DNA of 64,000 nucleotides from Eledone cirrhosa (GCA_964016885.1 OZ024740.1:145390001-145454000); one strand, 5' to 3'; shown: positions 28,122 through 49,144, counted from the stretch's first letter. Notes: generated by a model from the sequence alone, not told the origin. Numbers and translations: made by a program.

Positions 28122-29240
28122 ATATTCACAGCGGCAGGTCTTTGAGAAATCGTGGAAGTAATGCCAAGAGGTGTATTCTTGCTTTGTAGACTTCGTAGAA
28201 GCATGTGGTCGCGTTCCACGGGACCTGAAGTGGAAGGTTCTGCAGGAGTATTGGATCGATGGTCAGCTCTTTACTGCCCTGATGTCTCAATACGATTGCC
28301 TGGATATTTGTGTCCGGATAAATGATGCTAAATCGAAACCATTCAATGTGGGAGATGGACTCCGCAAAGGGTGCATACTGTCACCTCTCCTGTTCACTAT
28401 TTTCATGAACAGGATTGACATACACAGCTGGGTTGGAAGTGGTATCAAGACTGGTGGCATGTGTAGAATCAGTCGACTGGAATTTTCAAACGGCGTAGTA
28501 TTACTCAACTTGACTGAAGGTGATCTCCTACTTGCACTTGATAGGTTTGATGCCGAGTGCTGCATGGCTGGAATGAAAATCAGGGCTGCAAAAACTAAGA
28601 TACTCGTCCTCTCAAGGAAGCCTGCGCAATACACTCTACATGTGAATGGAGTTCCACTGAAGAAGATGGAGAAGTTCAAGTATTTCAAGTATTTCGGGAC
28701 CGTCTTCACGAGTGGTAGAAAGCTGGAGGCTGAATGAAGTGCAGGAATTTCAGGAGCCGGTACAGTAATGAGTAGAGTAATGTGCCAGCTTCAGCATTCG
28801 GTTATCAGAAGAAAGGAGGTAGGTGTAAAAGCCAAACTCACTAGCTTCAATTCGGTATTCGTTCCACACCTATGGTCATGAATTTTGGGTAATGACCGAA
28901 AGAATACAAGCGGCCAAAATGGGGTTCCACCGAAGGATCATTGAGTAATGTTACTCTATAGAGTACGAAGCTCGGAGTTCAGGGAATCGCTCCGGGTAGA
29001 GCTGCTACTTCGCCGAATTGAGAGATCGCAACTCCGATACTATGGGCATGTGGAAATAATCACTGGACGGCAAAACCAGCCGGCAGGAGACGCAGGGGTA
29101 GACCCCGAGCAAGAAGGTTGGATTACATCCATGATATCGGTTTTTCTCGCTTGGGGATCCATCCGAATTAGTTGAAAATAGACAGTTAGGAGTGTTTGAG
29201 GACTCTGCCACCACGACCCGCTCCGGAATAAATGGGCGTT
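28122..29240 (+). mobile_element. RTE-clade LINE, 5'-truncated and decayed
   Basis: CFVDFVEACGRVPR (FVD..KAYDRV), GLRKGCILSPLLFTIFM, GMKI...KTK, FKYFGT, RIERSQLRYYGHV, and a GRPR motif near the 3' end. Confidence 0.9.
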
Positions 29241-29335
29241 GGTGTGCCATAGTAATATATGCCGCGTCTTTGGCATTTAAATGTGGTGGCGCCTATCTCT
29301 CTCTGGGTCTGAATACAGCCCATTCCTTACAGAGA

Positions 29336-29460
29336 AGAAGAAGAAGAAGAAGAAGAAGAAGAAGAAGAAGAAGAAGAAGAAGAAGAAGAAGAAGAAGAAG
29401 AAGAAGAAGAAGAAGAAGAAGAAGAAGAAGAAGAAGAAGAAGAAGAAGAAGAAGAAGAAG

Positions 29461-29501
<41 letters not shown>

Positions 29502-29583
29502 CTACTACTACTACTACTACTACAACAACAACAACAACGACGACGACGACGACAACAACAACAATTACAACAACAACAACAAC
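29336..29583. repeat. Compound trinucleotide microsatellite (GAA)n(CAA)n(CTA)n(CGA)n
   Basis: Directly visible. Confidence 0.95.
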
Positions 29584-30434
29584 GGCTTGCTGCGCCTCAA
29601 AGTAAACATATTACCGTCGAAAAAATGTCTTGTCTAACTATTTCCTAGAGTTTGTTATTGTTTGTAGGGTGGCGGTTCTCATCTACAGTTAGCTAATATT
29701 GAATAGACATGTTACCGTACTTTACCAGTGTTTTCATTTGTTAGCATTAATACTCTTTTCAATTATTAAATCTATACTTTTTCTGTTGACTGAAGAGCAT
29801 TTTGCATTAAGAACTTCAAGCGAAATGGATTTTCGTATGCATAAGAGCAAATAAAGATTGCAATAATACTCAGAAAATCCTGCTACATAGATCTTAAAAT
29901 AATAGAACACAGATGCTTGGCAACTAACCAAAAGCAAGTTTTATAGCATTGTTTGTCTCATGTTTGAGACTGATGTATTATGAAGTTAACGCTTTACTTT
30001 TGTGTTGTTGGACGCATTGGGCGTATCTGACTAACGTGTTTCGTTAAGAGAAGTTAGTTATATGCTGCGCTACTATAGAGCAAAGCTGACTGAGATGGGA
30101 ACAGGTTTAACTATCATTATTGTTAAAGTACCAGTAATGCACTGGGTAATTGCTGGCCTTGTGCCAAAGAGTAGAAACAATTATTGTTAAGAGTCAGATA
30201 ACAATTAAGTATATTATAATTAGGGAACGTTTCTTTCTTTCAAGGATAACGGGAAATGATAACCGATGAATTGTGAAGATAAAATCAAGACGAGAAACAT
30301 GTACTTGATATACAAATATCACAGATTCTAATTTCTATGTCCTTCTCGCCCTCTCTCCTCCATAAATAAACACACACACACACACATACATATATATATA
30401 TACAAATATATACAAATATATATATATATATGTG

Positions 30435-30640
<206 letters not shown>

Positions 30641-30707
30641 TGCGTATTTACGTACACAGGCACAGCATGAGGAAAAACATTTCATCAGGATTCTTTCACT
30701 TATCCTG

Positions 30708-31261
30708 ATAGTAGTGGAAGGCTACTTATTAAAATGTAAACATAACTTATAACTGACACAGCTCGGCGGCGTGTTGGCAGGCGCGGAGAATTGGCAGAAT
30801 TGGTAGCGCATTAGTGAAATGCCTCGTGGTATTTATTTTGGCTCTTTGCGTTCTGGGTTCAAACTCTTACTGAGGTCAACAATGCTTTCATCCTTTCAAG
30901 GTCGATAAATAAAGTACCAATTGAGGGAAGTTAATTGATAGAATAGTTAGAATGCTTAGCGGGGTGTCATACGGTATTTATTCCGTCTTTGTATTTTGAG
31001 TTCAACTTCCACCGTCGCTTACCAACTGTCCTGGAAATGATTTGAGCTCCACTTTGTACACACCGACAGTAAATCATGGATAGTATTAGAGCGATCCATT
31101 TTATCTAACATGCTGAGGTGAGGATAATGACGCAACTGGAAGATGTCGAATTGATAGTCTTGTAATTATCGTTTGGATATCAACATTGTGTTCATTATGT
31201 AAATGAGCAGTATCAGTCACAGGTGATGTTATGATTTTAATAAGTAACCTTCCGCTACTAT
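30708..31261. mobile_element. MITE-like element with 28-bp TIRs, containing SINE fragments
   Basis: atagtagtggaaggctacttattaaaat versus the reverse complement of attttaataagtaaccttccgctactat (2 mismatches). Confidence 0.65.
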
Positions 31262-31899
31262 AGATGGCAACTTACTTGGAGTGGTGGAGTGAATGGATCC
31301 TGATGTATTGTTAAATAACAAAGCTGCCGAAAAAACTACTGTATGCCCAATTTCACTGCAAGCAACAAAATTACGGCTCTCACATGTAGTCGGGTTCGAT
31401 TTAGCTGTATGTACGATGTTTTCATTAACAGTTTTAGGTACCCATGTAGAGATGCGATTAAACACTGACACTTCTTCAAATCTCCCACTCTTGATCCACT
31501 GAAAAATCCAGAATGTGACACCTTGAAGGAGAAAGAGCTGCACAAGCATAAGGTTGGCACTTCATTTATTGACCCCGAAAGGATGAAAGGCAAAGTAGAC
31601 CTTAACAAGGCCTGAACAAATACCCACCGCCGTGACAACTCTGCCAAATCGAACGCCTAAATACATATAGATATGAATAAAAAAAATTTTTTTCATTTTT
31701 ATATATTACTATATTAGTACACCCGAGTGAGGGATATGCTTCGTTGGACTGTATTTACCCAAGATACTCTGCATAATGCAGCATCTCCACGAACTTGTAA
31801 GGTCAAGGGAAAAGTGACGTAAAGTGAAGTCATATCCGCACAAAGGCAAAATACCTTGCGCTGTTTCCTTACTTCGTTTTCTGAGTTCAAACAAGATGG

Positions 31900-32130
31900 T
31901 GTAACACAGATCAAAGGGAAGACACAAAATACCAACAAAGGTAGTCACCGAGGAGGTCACAGAATGTGTGACGAAAGAGCATTGATGACAATCAACAACT
32001 AAACAACCATCCAGTTATTAAACTAACTGACTGGGAAATTATAATAATAAATTGAAGCGAAACCCAACAGGTGCAAGTGTTTTTTATTGGCAACATGACC
32101 GTCCCAAAGTATAACAATATCTGTTTCAAT
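31900..32130 (+). mobile_element. Solo pLTR remnant related to the PLE-3 family, with a degenerate hammerhead
   Basis: gtcaccgaggaggtcacagaatgtgtgacgaaag and ttattggcaacatgacc.tcccaaag.ataacaatatc match 40423-40630. Confidence 0.75.
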
Positions 32131-32134
32131 ACAC

Positions 32135-32223
<89 letters not shown>

Positions 32224-32305
32224 CGGAAAAGATTGTTTTGGTAAAAACAGGAGTAAGCAGGAGAAAGCTCTCAACAATCTTTGTTTTTAGTTACGATTGA
32301 GAATT

Positions 32306-32673
32306 TTATAAAAAATAACAAAATAAGATGCTGAGGTTACATAAATCGTTTAATCATTATAATTATTTCAACGGTTCTCCATGCAATCGAGATGTCCTTC
32401 ATGCATTTTCTGATGATTATGAGAACGGTATCCTCAGATGAAAACCAATATATTTGATATGTCGCTGGCAGGAAAAAACACACGTCCTCTTGCTTGTGTG
32501 CCCAGCATACATATGAGTTCCTTGAAGGGTTTGCCAGCCGTGGTGTTTGCTAGAAAAAGCTATCAATGAAAAAAAACGAAAAACTGTGTAGCCAAAACCC
32601 AGTAGACAGTGGAAGCAACAAATGGAGCTCTGAGGGAGGGTGGGCTATATATTTTGTTGACAACCACATATAT

Positions 32674-32720
<47 letters not shown>

Positions 32721-35700
32721 AACAATAACAATAACAACGACAACAACAATAACGACAATAACAGCAAACCGCCGACCAATATCGTCTACACTGGCCGCAG
32801 CAGTCGTAGTGATATTACTACCCTACTGACAACAACAACTAAATCAACAACTACAGTAAACAGTTACAACAACAACAGCAAAAACAAAGACCAGCGTCGT
32901 GTACACTGGCCGTAGCAGTCGACAATAACAACGATAACGCCATAACAATAAAAAGGAGTTCTGAGGTAGGTGGTACACAGAATTGGTGGTATCAATCACC
33001 ATGACCATATATAGCAACAACAACAATGGCAACGGCAACAAACATTAATACTGCCCATCACCTACCCCGTTCGTCGTAGTAGTGGTGGTATCATTTATAT
33101 TAGTATCAAGCCCATTGGTAACACCAATAACAATAACAACAACAACACTAGTGATGATCCCACCACGGTGACGGCAGCAACAGGAAAAAGGCCCCGCTTC
33201 CATGAAAAATAAACTAACCACAATAGTAGTCCGTTGAAACAAGGAAGCGAAAATGGGATAGAAATATATATGGGTATTTATATAAATAAATACATGCACA
33301 GTTAATACAGTCCTCTCTATCATTCTAAGGCACAAGGCTAGCAATAAATACAGTGCAGAAAAAACGGTTAACCTCAATAGCATTCAGTTTTAACTACAGT
33401 GGCAACAATACTATTAAAAGTGCTGTTAGACTATGAAAGAGAGTTACGGGAAGCGAAAGTAGGGACAAGAACAAGCAGATAAGAAATCAAGAACATATAG
33501 AAAACACAATAATAAAAAAACGGGACAAAACTACATAAAAAAACAACAGTAGGTATATAAACAAAGAATAAGGAACAAGGGACATGAAACATGTACAGAC
33601 AGAGACTCCAGGTGTGCAAACAAGATATCCATGGTTCGCCTGACGCTGGGGTTGTTGTGTGGCCACGCCCGGCTTCCACGGTCAAGTTTGCAATAGTCTT
33701 CAACTAGTACAACTATGTTGTTAGCCCGTACAGTTTGAGGACGGTTCCAGATGATCTGTGGAGGCAGGTGCTGAAGAGGTTACCCTTTTATTGATAACTC
33801 GAGCTCCCCTCTCGTTTATGTCCATAATCTCGGTGACACACAAATCGCATGAGTCATCTCCACCCTCTCTGTAGGGTTGGGCTGAGGTTACCTTGGACCA
33901 CGACAAGGTGTATTCTACGTTATCATGTTTGAGATGCCACACCAGTTCTGAGAGGGCGGTGCTGTATTTCTTATCAACTCTCCTAAAGGTGTGGCAGTGA
34001 TTGTATCAGCGTTCTTTAAATGTATTAGCTGTGGCTCCGATATAGGTGAAGGTTTGGTTGTTGACATTCACCCTACATTCGTATACTAAGCCACTGCCGA
34101 GGCACCTACCCTCCAAGGGGGACACTACTGGGGTTTCTGCAATTACAGCCCGGAGGGGTGTTGCCGCCCGGATCTCTGGATCGCGTTGTAGTATGATTCC
34201 CCGGTCTTTCACGGTTTAAGATGTTACCAACAGAGGAAGAGATATTTGCGTGGTGCATCTCCTCACGGTTGCTGTTTCCCCTGGAGTTGCGGACGTTTTT
34301 TAATCTACTGCGGTTTAAGGCTTCTATATTTTGCACTAGGTTTCTAGTTGTGGAGTAGGACAATTTAATAGTGTGCCTGTTGAAAATGGCGTGGTACCGG
34401 TGTTGCTTATGGACGTACTTTTCCAAAGCCCCGAAGAAAGAGGCCGTTATGTTGTTGCGTAAACTGGCGCAGAAGGGGGGAGGGTTAAACCAAATGACAT
34501 TACGGGAACAGGTTCGCTTCCTGTTGTAGTCACCAGTCCCTGTATCCGTTCCGTCAGAGTATGTGTTACGTATTTGCTGCGGACGTCTGGAAGATCCATG
34601 CCCCCCCCTCCCCAATTCGTCGTTGCCCGTGGGGTTGGTTAAGCCGATCGGAGCACCCCGAACTGAGTGGTCTCCGTTCATAGCGAGGGAGGCGGTTCGT
34701 ACCTTCCACGCTCACTCCCGGGCCCACACATGTCCTCCGCGGCTCCACCACGTCGGCTTCCTTGTTTTCCAATGTAGGCGAGGTCCGGTCCCTTCTTAAT
34801 AAGCCATTGTTAGCAGTTCCTCCAGGATTACTCTGTAGTGTGGTATCAGGCATGAGTAATGAAGTCCTAGTCGTGTTGGTCCCGTCATTGTGTCCTACCA
34901 ATGTGTTACTGTCAGCGGTAACGTAATTCATTAGACTGGGTATAAACTTAATTTCCTCTTTGTAACCTGCATTATTAAGGGCAGGTGGATTGGCAGTATC
35001 GGTAGAGGGTCGGACGCCATGCTTTGACGCATAGAGTTACGGTCCTTACCATTCTGAGTTCAAATCCTGCCGAGGTTAACTTTTCCTTTCATCCTTACGG
35101 GTTCGATAAAATAAAGTACCAGTAATGCACTGGATAATTGCTGGCCTTGTGCCAAAAGTAGAAACAATTATTATAATAGCTAGCTACGCTATTGAAGGTT
35201 TCCTGGCTAGCTGATAGAGAAGAAACCCTACGGTATACGCTATTAACTATGGTTCTCTTGACTGACCCGGGATGGTTGGAGTTGGCATTTACGTACTTGA
35301 GGCACTCGTTCGGCTTGTGGTACGGGTAGTAGAGGCCGGATTCTAGATTGAGGGTAACATCCAGGAAGTTGACTATCTTTTCTATGTCTATGCTGAGGCC
35401 TAGGTTTTTGAAAAATCTAATTAAGCTCTTTCTAGTCCTATTTATCATGCTATTGCTGAGGTCGAGTAGCTTAAACAACGCATCGTTGCGGTATATTCCA
35501 CCGCCTAACGATGGGATCTCACTTTTCAGGTTCCTACGGATGTAGAGATCCACCAGGTCAGTAACCTGCGCCGAGTCGCTCGATCCCATCGTGATGTCAA
35601 AATTATCCGACCACTCTCTCCTAGTCCAGAGCTCACCGTCGAAACCTATCAGTGTCTTGCTGGCAGTATGAATGATGTTAATTTCATCCCGGGTTAAATC

Positions 35701-36544
35701 TGTATGTCTGCGTGCAAACATAAGTGCCTTGTTAAGTACCACCGGGGAGATGGATGCATAATAATTACATATATCTAGCTGTATAAAATGTGTCCTACCT
35801 TTGCACTGCAGGCCGTTAAACCACTCGATCACTTCCCCCGTTCTGGACCATTGCTGTAATTTGATCTTTTTTTTAAGTGTTGGTATGATTCTGTCCAGTA
35901 TTCTTTTGCTAATACACCCGATGTCAGACTTTGACGGTACTATAAGTCTGACTGGGAGTTCCGTTCCAAAGGTCGGTTTGTGATCCTTCAGCAAGATTCG
36001 GGGTTCTTTGAGTTGGTAAGGTCCGGTCCTATCCGCAATGCTGGGTTTATTTACTATTCTATTAGTCCGCTCGTTAATGTCGTCAAGGTTAGCCTGTGTA
36101 GTTTTCCTGTAATTCTTTCTAAGTTCCTTAAGTATTAGTTTTCTATAAGTTGCTGCATCCATACCCGTTTTATACGCATGAACGAGAATTCCGTCTGAGC
36201 GTTTTAGTGCAGAAATTCTATTCGCTAGTTTCCTGAGGTGAGGCTGCTCCTTAGATGGGAACCTATTAAATTTGACGCATGAAATAATATTGGCCATCTC
36301 TTTCTGAAAGCCCCCCATAAGTTTGTTTTGCGGTGGGTTTTCTGCGGTGGGTTTGTCTGCTGGGCACACAAGCAATAGGACGTATTTTTCCTGCCAGCTA
36401 CATATCAAACATATCGGTTTTCATCTGAGGATACCGTTCTCATAATCAACAGCAAATGCATAAAGAACATCTCGGTTGCATGGAGAACCGTGGAAATGAT
36501 TATAATGGTTAAACGATATATCTAACCTCAGCATCTTATTTTGT

Positions 36545-36553
<9 letters not shown>
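32306..36553 (-). mobile_element. Penelope-like element PLE-2 (Naiad-like) with inverted 5' pLTR
   Basis: RT: LKDHK, RLIVPSKSDIG.ISK.ILD, LDICNYYASI, MGSSDSAQVTDLV, GIYRND, FLDVTLNL. Linker WFNPP, CNCR..CPLEGRC. GIY-YIG: VYECRV..YIGAT..FKER, CDLC. 32306-32507 is repeated inverted at 36361-36553; a SINE is inserted at ~34982-35172. Confidence 0.92.
36421..36508 (+). ncRNA. Hammerhead motif with long stem-II insertion (PLE-2 pLTR; second copy at 32354-32441, minus)
   Basis: UCAU CUGAGGA UACCGUUCUC-[~41 nt]-GAGAACCGU(G/U) GAAA U(G/A)AUU AUA AUG(G/A). Stem I is UCAU/AUGA in the 32.4-kb copy; stem III is palindromic. Confidence 0.72.
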
Positions 36554-36594
<41 letters not shown>

Positions 36595-36639
36595 TAGAAA
36601 ACGTGAGAGAAAACACAAACACAAGGACAATTCCCGCCC

Positions 36640-37050
36640 ATCGGCTGTCTTCTGTGGATCACTGTTTCGAACGCATTAAAGACAGTACATTTCACCACAG
36701 TGCGTTAATAGCTAAGATGGATAGCTATCCGGGAAGAAACACAACGGACGCTAACGAAGAGACCGACAAAAAACAAATCCGATTGGTGAAGAAGCTTTTA
36801 TCCTCTTGGTAAAAAAAAGTCGTCAACAGCAGATATGACGTCATCATCAATGCGATACTGGTTCCCAGCCAAGTATTTTTTTCATGTTGGGGAATAGATG
36901 GGGCCACATCAAGAGAATAGGTGGAGTGATCAACCAGTTGAAAACCACAGTCACGCTCAGAAGCCATTGAAACTAAGGACTTGTGTGCTGGAGCATTGTC
37001 CTGGTGAAACAAGACCCCTTTCGTCAGTTTTGGTCTTGTAGGTTTTTCGT
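36640..37050 (-). mobile_element. Mariner transposase C-terminal fragment
   Basis: RPKLTKGVLFHQDNAPAHKS...VDHSTYSLDVAPS, matching the mariner HDNA and YSPDLAP motifs; frameshifted. Confidence 0.85.
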
Positions 37051-37279
37051 AACTGCCTATCCACAAACTCAAGTAAACACAAATCCTAATCCCACAACTA
37101 AATCCACCTACCAGACACATACCGCACAAGACAGATATCAAGCTATCAAATATAAATACGCCCTTCAAAACCACTCCCCATTTCACAGCCACCCACACAG
37201 TATAATAACAACCAGACTGCACCAATTACTAGTACGGGTGCGACAGACGTCAACATGCTACACTCGTTGTATTACGTAG

Positions 37280-40806
<3,527 letters not shown>

Positions 40807-41608
40807 ATGTGTATATATGTATATATATATGTGTGTGTGTATATGTATGTACGGCCTGCTATTTTCACACACACGCACGTATATGCATACCCATACGCAT
40901 ACACACACACATCTATATTTATACACGCACACATGTTTTTACAACCCACCACCTTTCACACCCTTTGATTTCCAGCTTCTACAGCCCACTATCTTTCACA
41001 CACACACGCACACATACACACACACAGTTACACACACATGTATACCCATACGCTTACACACACACATGTTTATACACGCACACATGTTTTACAACCTACC
41101 ACCTTTCACACCCTATGATTTCCAGCTTCTACAGCCCACTATCTTTCACACACACACACACTCACACATATACACACTTAAACATATACACACACAGTTA
41201 CACACACATATATATTTACACACACATATTTTACGGCTTTCACACGCTAGCGCACCCTCTTGATTTAACCCATTTGGTCAGTAGCTTTTGCCACAGCCTA
41301 TCACGCGCACGCGCATTCTTTCCCTCATTTAAATTTTAAATAATTTTTCTCCCCATAACGGCATTCCTGTTTTAACGACATCACAACTTTCTCCGCTTAG
41401 CCTGTTCCCCCCCTTTGGAACTTTCCCCCGTTGATGGGCGTGAGCCCGAAATATTGGGATTAAATCTCCACTACGGTAACCCTTCTACCTTTGTTTTGTT
41501 TTCATCTTTGTCTCTCTCTATTTTCACTTTCTCCTATTTCTCTTATCTATCATTCACTTCCTACCTCGAGATTTCCCTCTGCATTGTTGTGGCTTTCTAA
41601 ACTACGTA

Positions 41609-41679
<71 letters not shown>

Positions 41680-41690
41680 ATATATATATT

Positions 41691-41777
<87 letters not shown>

Positions 41778-41786
41778 ATATGTATG

Positions 41787-41826
<40 letters not shown>

Positions 41827-41858
41827 TATATATATATATGTATGTATATATATAAATT

Positions 41859-41891
<33 letters not shown>

Positions 41892-42022
41892 ATGTATATG
41901 TATATATATATATGTACGTATGTGTGTATATGTGTGTATATATGTATACATATATATATATGTGTGTGTGTGTGTGTATATGTATATATATATATATGTA
42001 TATATATATATGTGTGTGTGTG

Positions 42023-42177
<155 letters not shown>

Positions 42178-42205
42178 GTGTATGTATATGTATATATATA
42201 TATCA

Positions 42206-43473
42206 CGATACATTAACGGAGCCATAGACTCTCGCCATCGTTCCCTGTAAATAATGTGCTCAAAAAGAGGAAATCCTCGGTACTTTAAAATACAATATGT
42301 TGAAAAGGTAACACACTAGAGAGAGATACAGTACGCCATCAATAAAACAGGGAAAAACCACCAGTATATGGAATCTATAACCTATGAAAGACAGAATATA
42401 GACACGATAATTAAAAATATAAATTAAAGCGTAAATAAATACCTCTATAACTATATAACACACGTACAAATCCAAAGTGATTTGTTTCGCCAGTGAGTTG
42501 TTGAGAGAAGTGAAATAACCCAGGTTCATCAGCGTGTGTTAGGCTATACATTTCAGACAACACTAAGAGAATTTTTAAAGCGGCCGTCCAACTACACGTG
42601 GGAGAGAGAAGTCACGGCGTATTTAAGGGCAGTGAACCAGTGGCCTCTGAGGGTCGAGCTGCTAGAAAGGGCAGACCAAAACCACTCACAGAAGTGTGTT
42701 CAACCAAACAGAGAAAGAGGAGAAAGACTGTTATAAGGAGCGAAATATCATGATACATTAACGGAGCCATAGACTCTCGCCGTTCCCTGTAAATAATGTG
42801 CTCAAAGGAGAGGAAATCCTGGGTACTTTAAAATACAATATGTTGAAAAGGTAACACACTAGAGAGAGATACAGTGCGCCATCAATAAAACAGGGAAAAA
42901 CCACCAGTATATGGAATCTATAACCTATGAAAGACAGAATATAGACACGATAATTAAAAATATAAATTAAAGCGTAAATAAATACCTCTATAACTATATA
43001 ACACACGTACAAATCCAAAGTGATCTGTTTCGCCAGTGAGTTGTTGAGAGAAGTGAAATAACCCAGGTTCATCAGCGTGTGTTAGGCTATACATTTCAGA
43101 CAACACTAAGAGAATTTTTAAAGCGGCCGTCCAACTACACGTGGGAGAGAGAAGTCACGGCGTGTTTAAGGGCAGTGAACCAGTGGCCTCTGAGGGTCGA
43201 GCTGCTAGAAAGGGCAGCCCAAAACCACTCACAGAAGTGTGTTCAACCAAACAGAGAAAGAGGAGAAAGACTGTTATAAGGAGCGAAATATCATGATACA
43301 TTAACGGAGCCATAGACTCTCGCCGTTCCCTGTAAATAATGTGCTCAAAGGAGAGGAAATCCTGGGTACTTTAAAATACAATATGTTGAAAAGGTAACAC
43401 ACTAGAGAGAGATACAGTGCGCCATCAATAAAACAGGGAAAAACCACCAGTGTATGGAATCTATAACCTATAC
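42206..43473. repeat. ~544-bp tandem repeat, ~2.3 nearly identical copies, LTR-like
   Basis: Unit starts at ~42206, 42752 and 43295 (gatacattaacggagccatag). Junction atatca|tgatac; contains tatttaag and aataaa motifs. Confidence 0.9.
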
Positions 43474-43642
43474 AGGGAACATATTGCTGTAGTTTTCACC
43501 CTAGCAAACTTGGTCCTTACGATTCGAACACATGTATGTTTATATTAGTGTTCATCTCTCTTGTTTATTATATAGTTATCTATATATTATATAACAGAGA
43601 GATGTTTATAAGTTGGTTGGTTGCTTGCTTGAAACACGAAAA

Positions 43643-43731
<89 letters not shown>

Positions 43732-43732
<1 letters not shown>

Positions 43733-44341
43733 CTAAAGAGAGAGAAACACAGAGGGAGAGGATAGAAAGAGAGAGATACAATTAAAGTGTTAGATATTCA
43801 GAGAAAGAGAGTAACGTCCCACAAAATTCTAGAAATGACCTAAACTATAGATCCTTTGATCTATAGGAAGGTTTAACAATATTGCGTTAACTTTTATAAA
43901 GGCATTTTACAGTCTTTCATTTTACAGAACAAAGAAAAATTGATACTATTTGAAATTAATTTAGCCTCCAGCTTTTATCCATATACTACTTACAGACCGT
44001 ACTAACGAAGCAGCACTTCAGAAGCAATGTTATGCGGTATATTGCTGTGTTTCTGATGACGTTCTTTAGAGCTGAAAAAGATCATACTGACTATGGTTAT
44101 TTCACAACATTTAAAATCCTAGGCCAATGCTACCATTTAATCGGCAGTTAATACCCCAGCCTAATAAGGAAATTTTATTATTGTGTTTTTTGTTTATGTC
44201 TCTCTCACACACACTTACACACACACACATTACGGTCTCACCTCATACTGTAAACCAGACAACACATCCAATACAGTCGTTTTCTCTTTTATCCATCTTC
44301 TCTTAAATATTCTCCCGGGCGAAGCCGGATACCTCAGCTAG
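43732..44341 (+). mobile_element. Non-autonomous Helitron
   Basis: 3' hairpin ccgggcgaagccgg followed by CTAG|T (44338-44342). Probable 5' A|TC at 43732, just after (CA)n. Confidence 0.65.
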
Positions 44342-44594
44342 TATCACTATATAATAAATAAAAAATAAAAAAATAAAAAATACAAGTAAGTTCTTCCATT
44401 CACTCATGTACCATTTCAAGGCTGAAAAAACAAATTATTGCTCTCTGAGATCACTGCTTGCTTCAGTGTCGATATGAAGACGCACGTAGTCAGTCGCACG
44501 CACACATGCATGTATGTGTGGTCGAGTGTGTGGGTGGATGTATATACATATACATCTATTTATATATGTATATATATATACGTGTGTATGTATT

Positions 44595-44673
<79 letters not shown>

Positions 44674-44727
44674 ATATAAGAATGTGTGTATGTAGATATA
44701 CATATATATATATATACATATATATAT

Positions 44728-44767
<40 letters not shown>

Positions 44768-44882
44768 CCCATGCTAGCGTGGAAGAACGGACGTAAAACG
44801 GTGATGATGATGATGATGATATATATACATATATATACATATATATATATATACATATATATATATACATATATATATATAC

Positions 44883-47780
<2,898 letters not shown>

Positions 47781-47872
47781 TATATATATAAATATGAGAA
47801 GAATTTATATATATATAAATATGAGAAGAATTGAGTGCTGTGTGGTTTGGTTGCACATGGGTTACATATGAA

Positions 47873-48460
47873 AAAAATTAGTCCTTCATCAGTGATTTTC
47901 CAACCTTCATTGATATTTCATCGCTTTGAAAATTATATACCTCCAGTTGGTGCGAGCAATAACTAAATAAAGCTATTGGGACAAGTAATATCGCGTAAAG
48001 CGAGCGAGACAAGTAAACAAACAAAAATGGTATAGCAACGGAAAGATGGGAAGAAACAAGCACATGATATCTATTCAGCTTAAGCTGGGTGAATTTCATG
48101 GGCGAGAGAGAAATACAGACCGCCCGACGTGGGTGAGGTGTGAGTGAGAAAGGACCCCACACAGGCCAAATGGGAGGAAGTGAGAGGAGGAGAAGCAGAG
48201 GGTGAGTGAGTGGAAGTGCGAGGAAGAGGTCAGTCGAGAGAAAGTGTGACTGACAGAGGGGGCGAAAGAAGGTGAGAGATACAGAGAGGGGGGGAAAGTA
48301 GTAAGAGAGAAACAGACAAACGCAGCTGGGGAAAAATATATATAAAAAAATTGCCCAATAGCTTTATTTAGCAATTGCTCGCACCAACTGGAGGTATATG
48401 ATTTTCAAAGCGATGAAATACCAATGAAGTTTGGAAAATCACTGATGAAGGACTAATTTT
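47873..48460. mobile_element. Foldback element with ~110-bp inverted ends
   Basis: 47873-47985 is approximately the reverse complement of 48350-48460; the interior is purine-rich. Confidence 0.75.
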
Positions 48461-48461
48461 G

Positions 48462-48537
<76 letters not shown>

Positions 48538-48603
48538 CATATTATATACATATATATATATATACATATATATATATACATATATATATACACATATATA
48601 CAC

Positions 48604-48635
<32 letters not shown>

Positions 48636-48689
48636 CTATATATATATATATATATATATAGATATATTCATATATATAAAGATATATAC

Positions 48690-48724
<35 letters not shown>

Positions 48725-48799
48725 CATACATATATATATATACACATATATATATACACATATATATATATATATATATATACATATATATATACATAC

Positions 48800-48845
<46 letters not shown>

Positions 48846-48983
48846 CGAAGGATGTGTGGTAAGGAACCATATGGACCATAACGAACCAGAGTACTCAATA
48901 CTTAGGGTAGTAGAGTGGGTAATAGGAAAATGTTTAACCTCGACGGCAGAGCTCAAGCCGTTTCGACGGCTATTTCTGTCCAG

Positions 48984-49030
<47 letters not shown>

Positions 49031-49144
49031 TATATTTTGATAAATAAACAGAGAACAAAGGCAGAAAAACGAAGAGCTAGTACAAATTATATTAGTATAT
49101 ATATACATATTAGTATATATAAAGGTTTAGCAACGGGTCACGTT

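Noticed and set aside
31229-31647. Overlapping short ORFs / possible minus-strand exon
   Set aside because: No recognisable motifs, weak donor site, and the ends overlap a SINE and a MITE TIR.
34006-34008. In-frame TGA in the PLE-2 GIY-YIG domain as possible selenocysteine (some Naiads encode selenoproteins)
   Set aside because: The context FKER*YNH corresponds to an aromatic residue (F in PLE-4 and PLE-5), so it is probably TGG>TGA. The conserved Cys codons I read in PLE-2, -4 and -5 are TGT/TGC, the PLE-4 stop at 46837 is TAA, and I saw no convincing SECIS.
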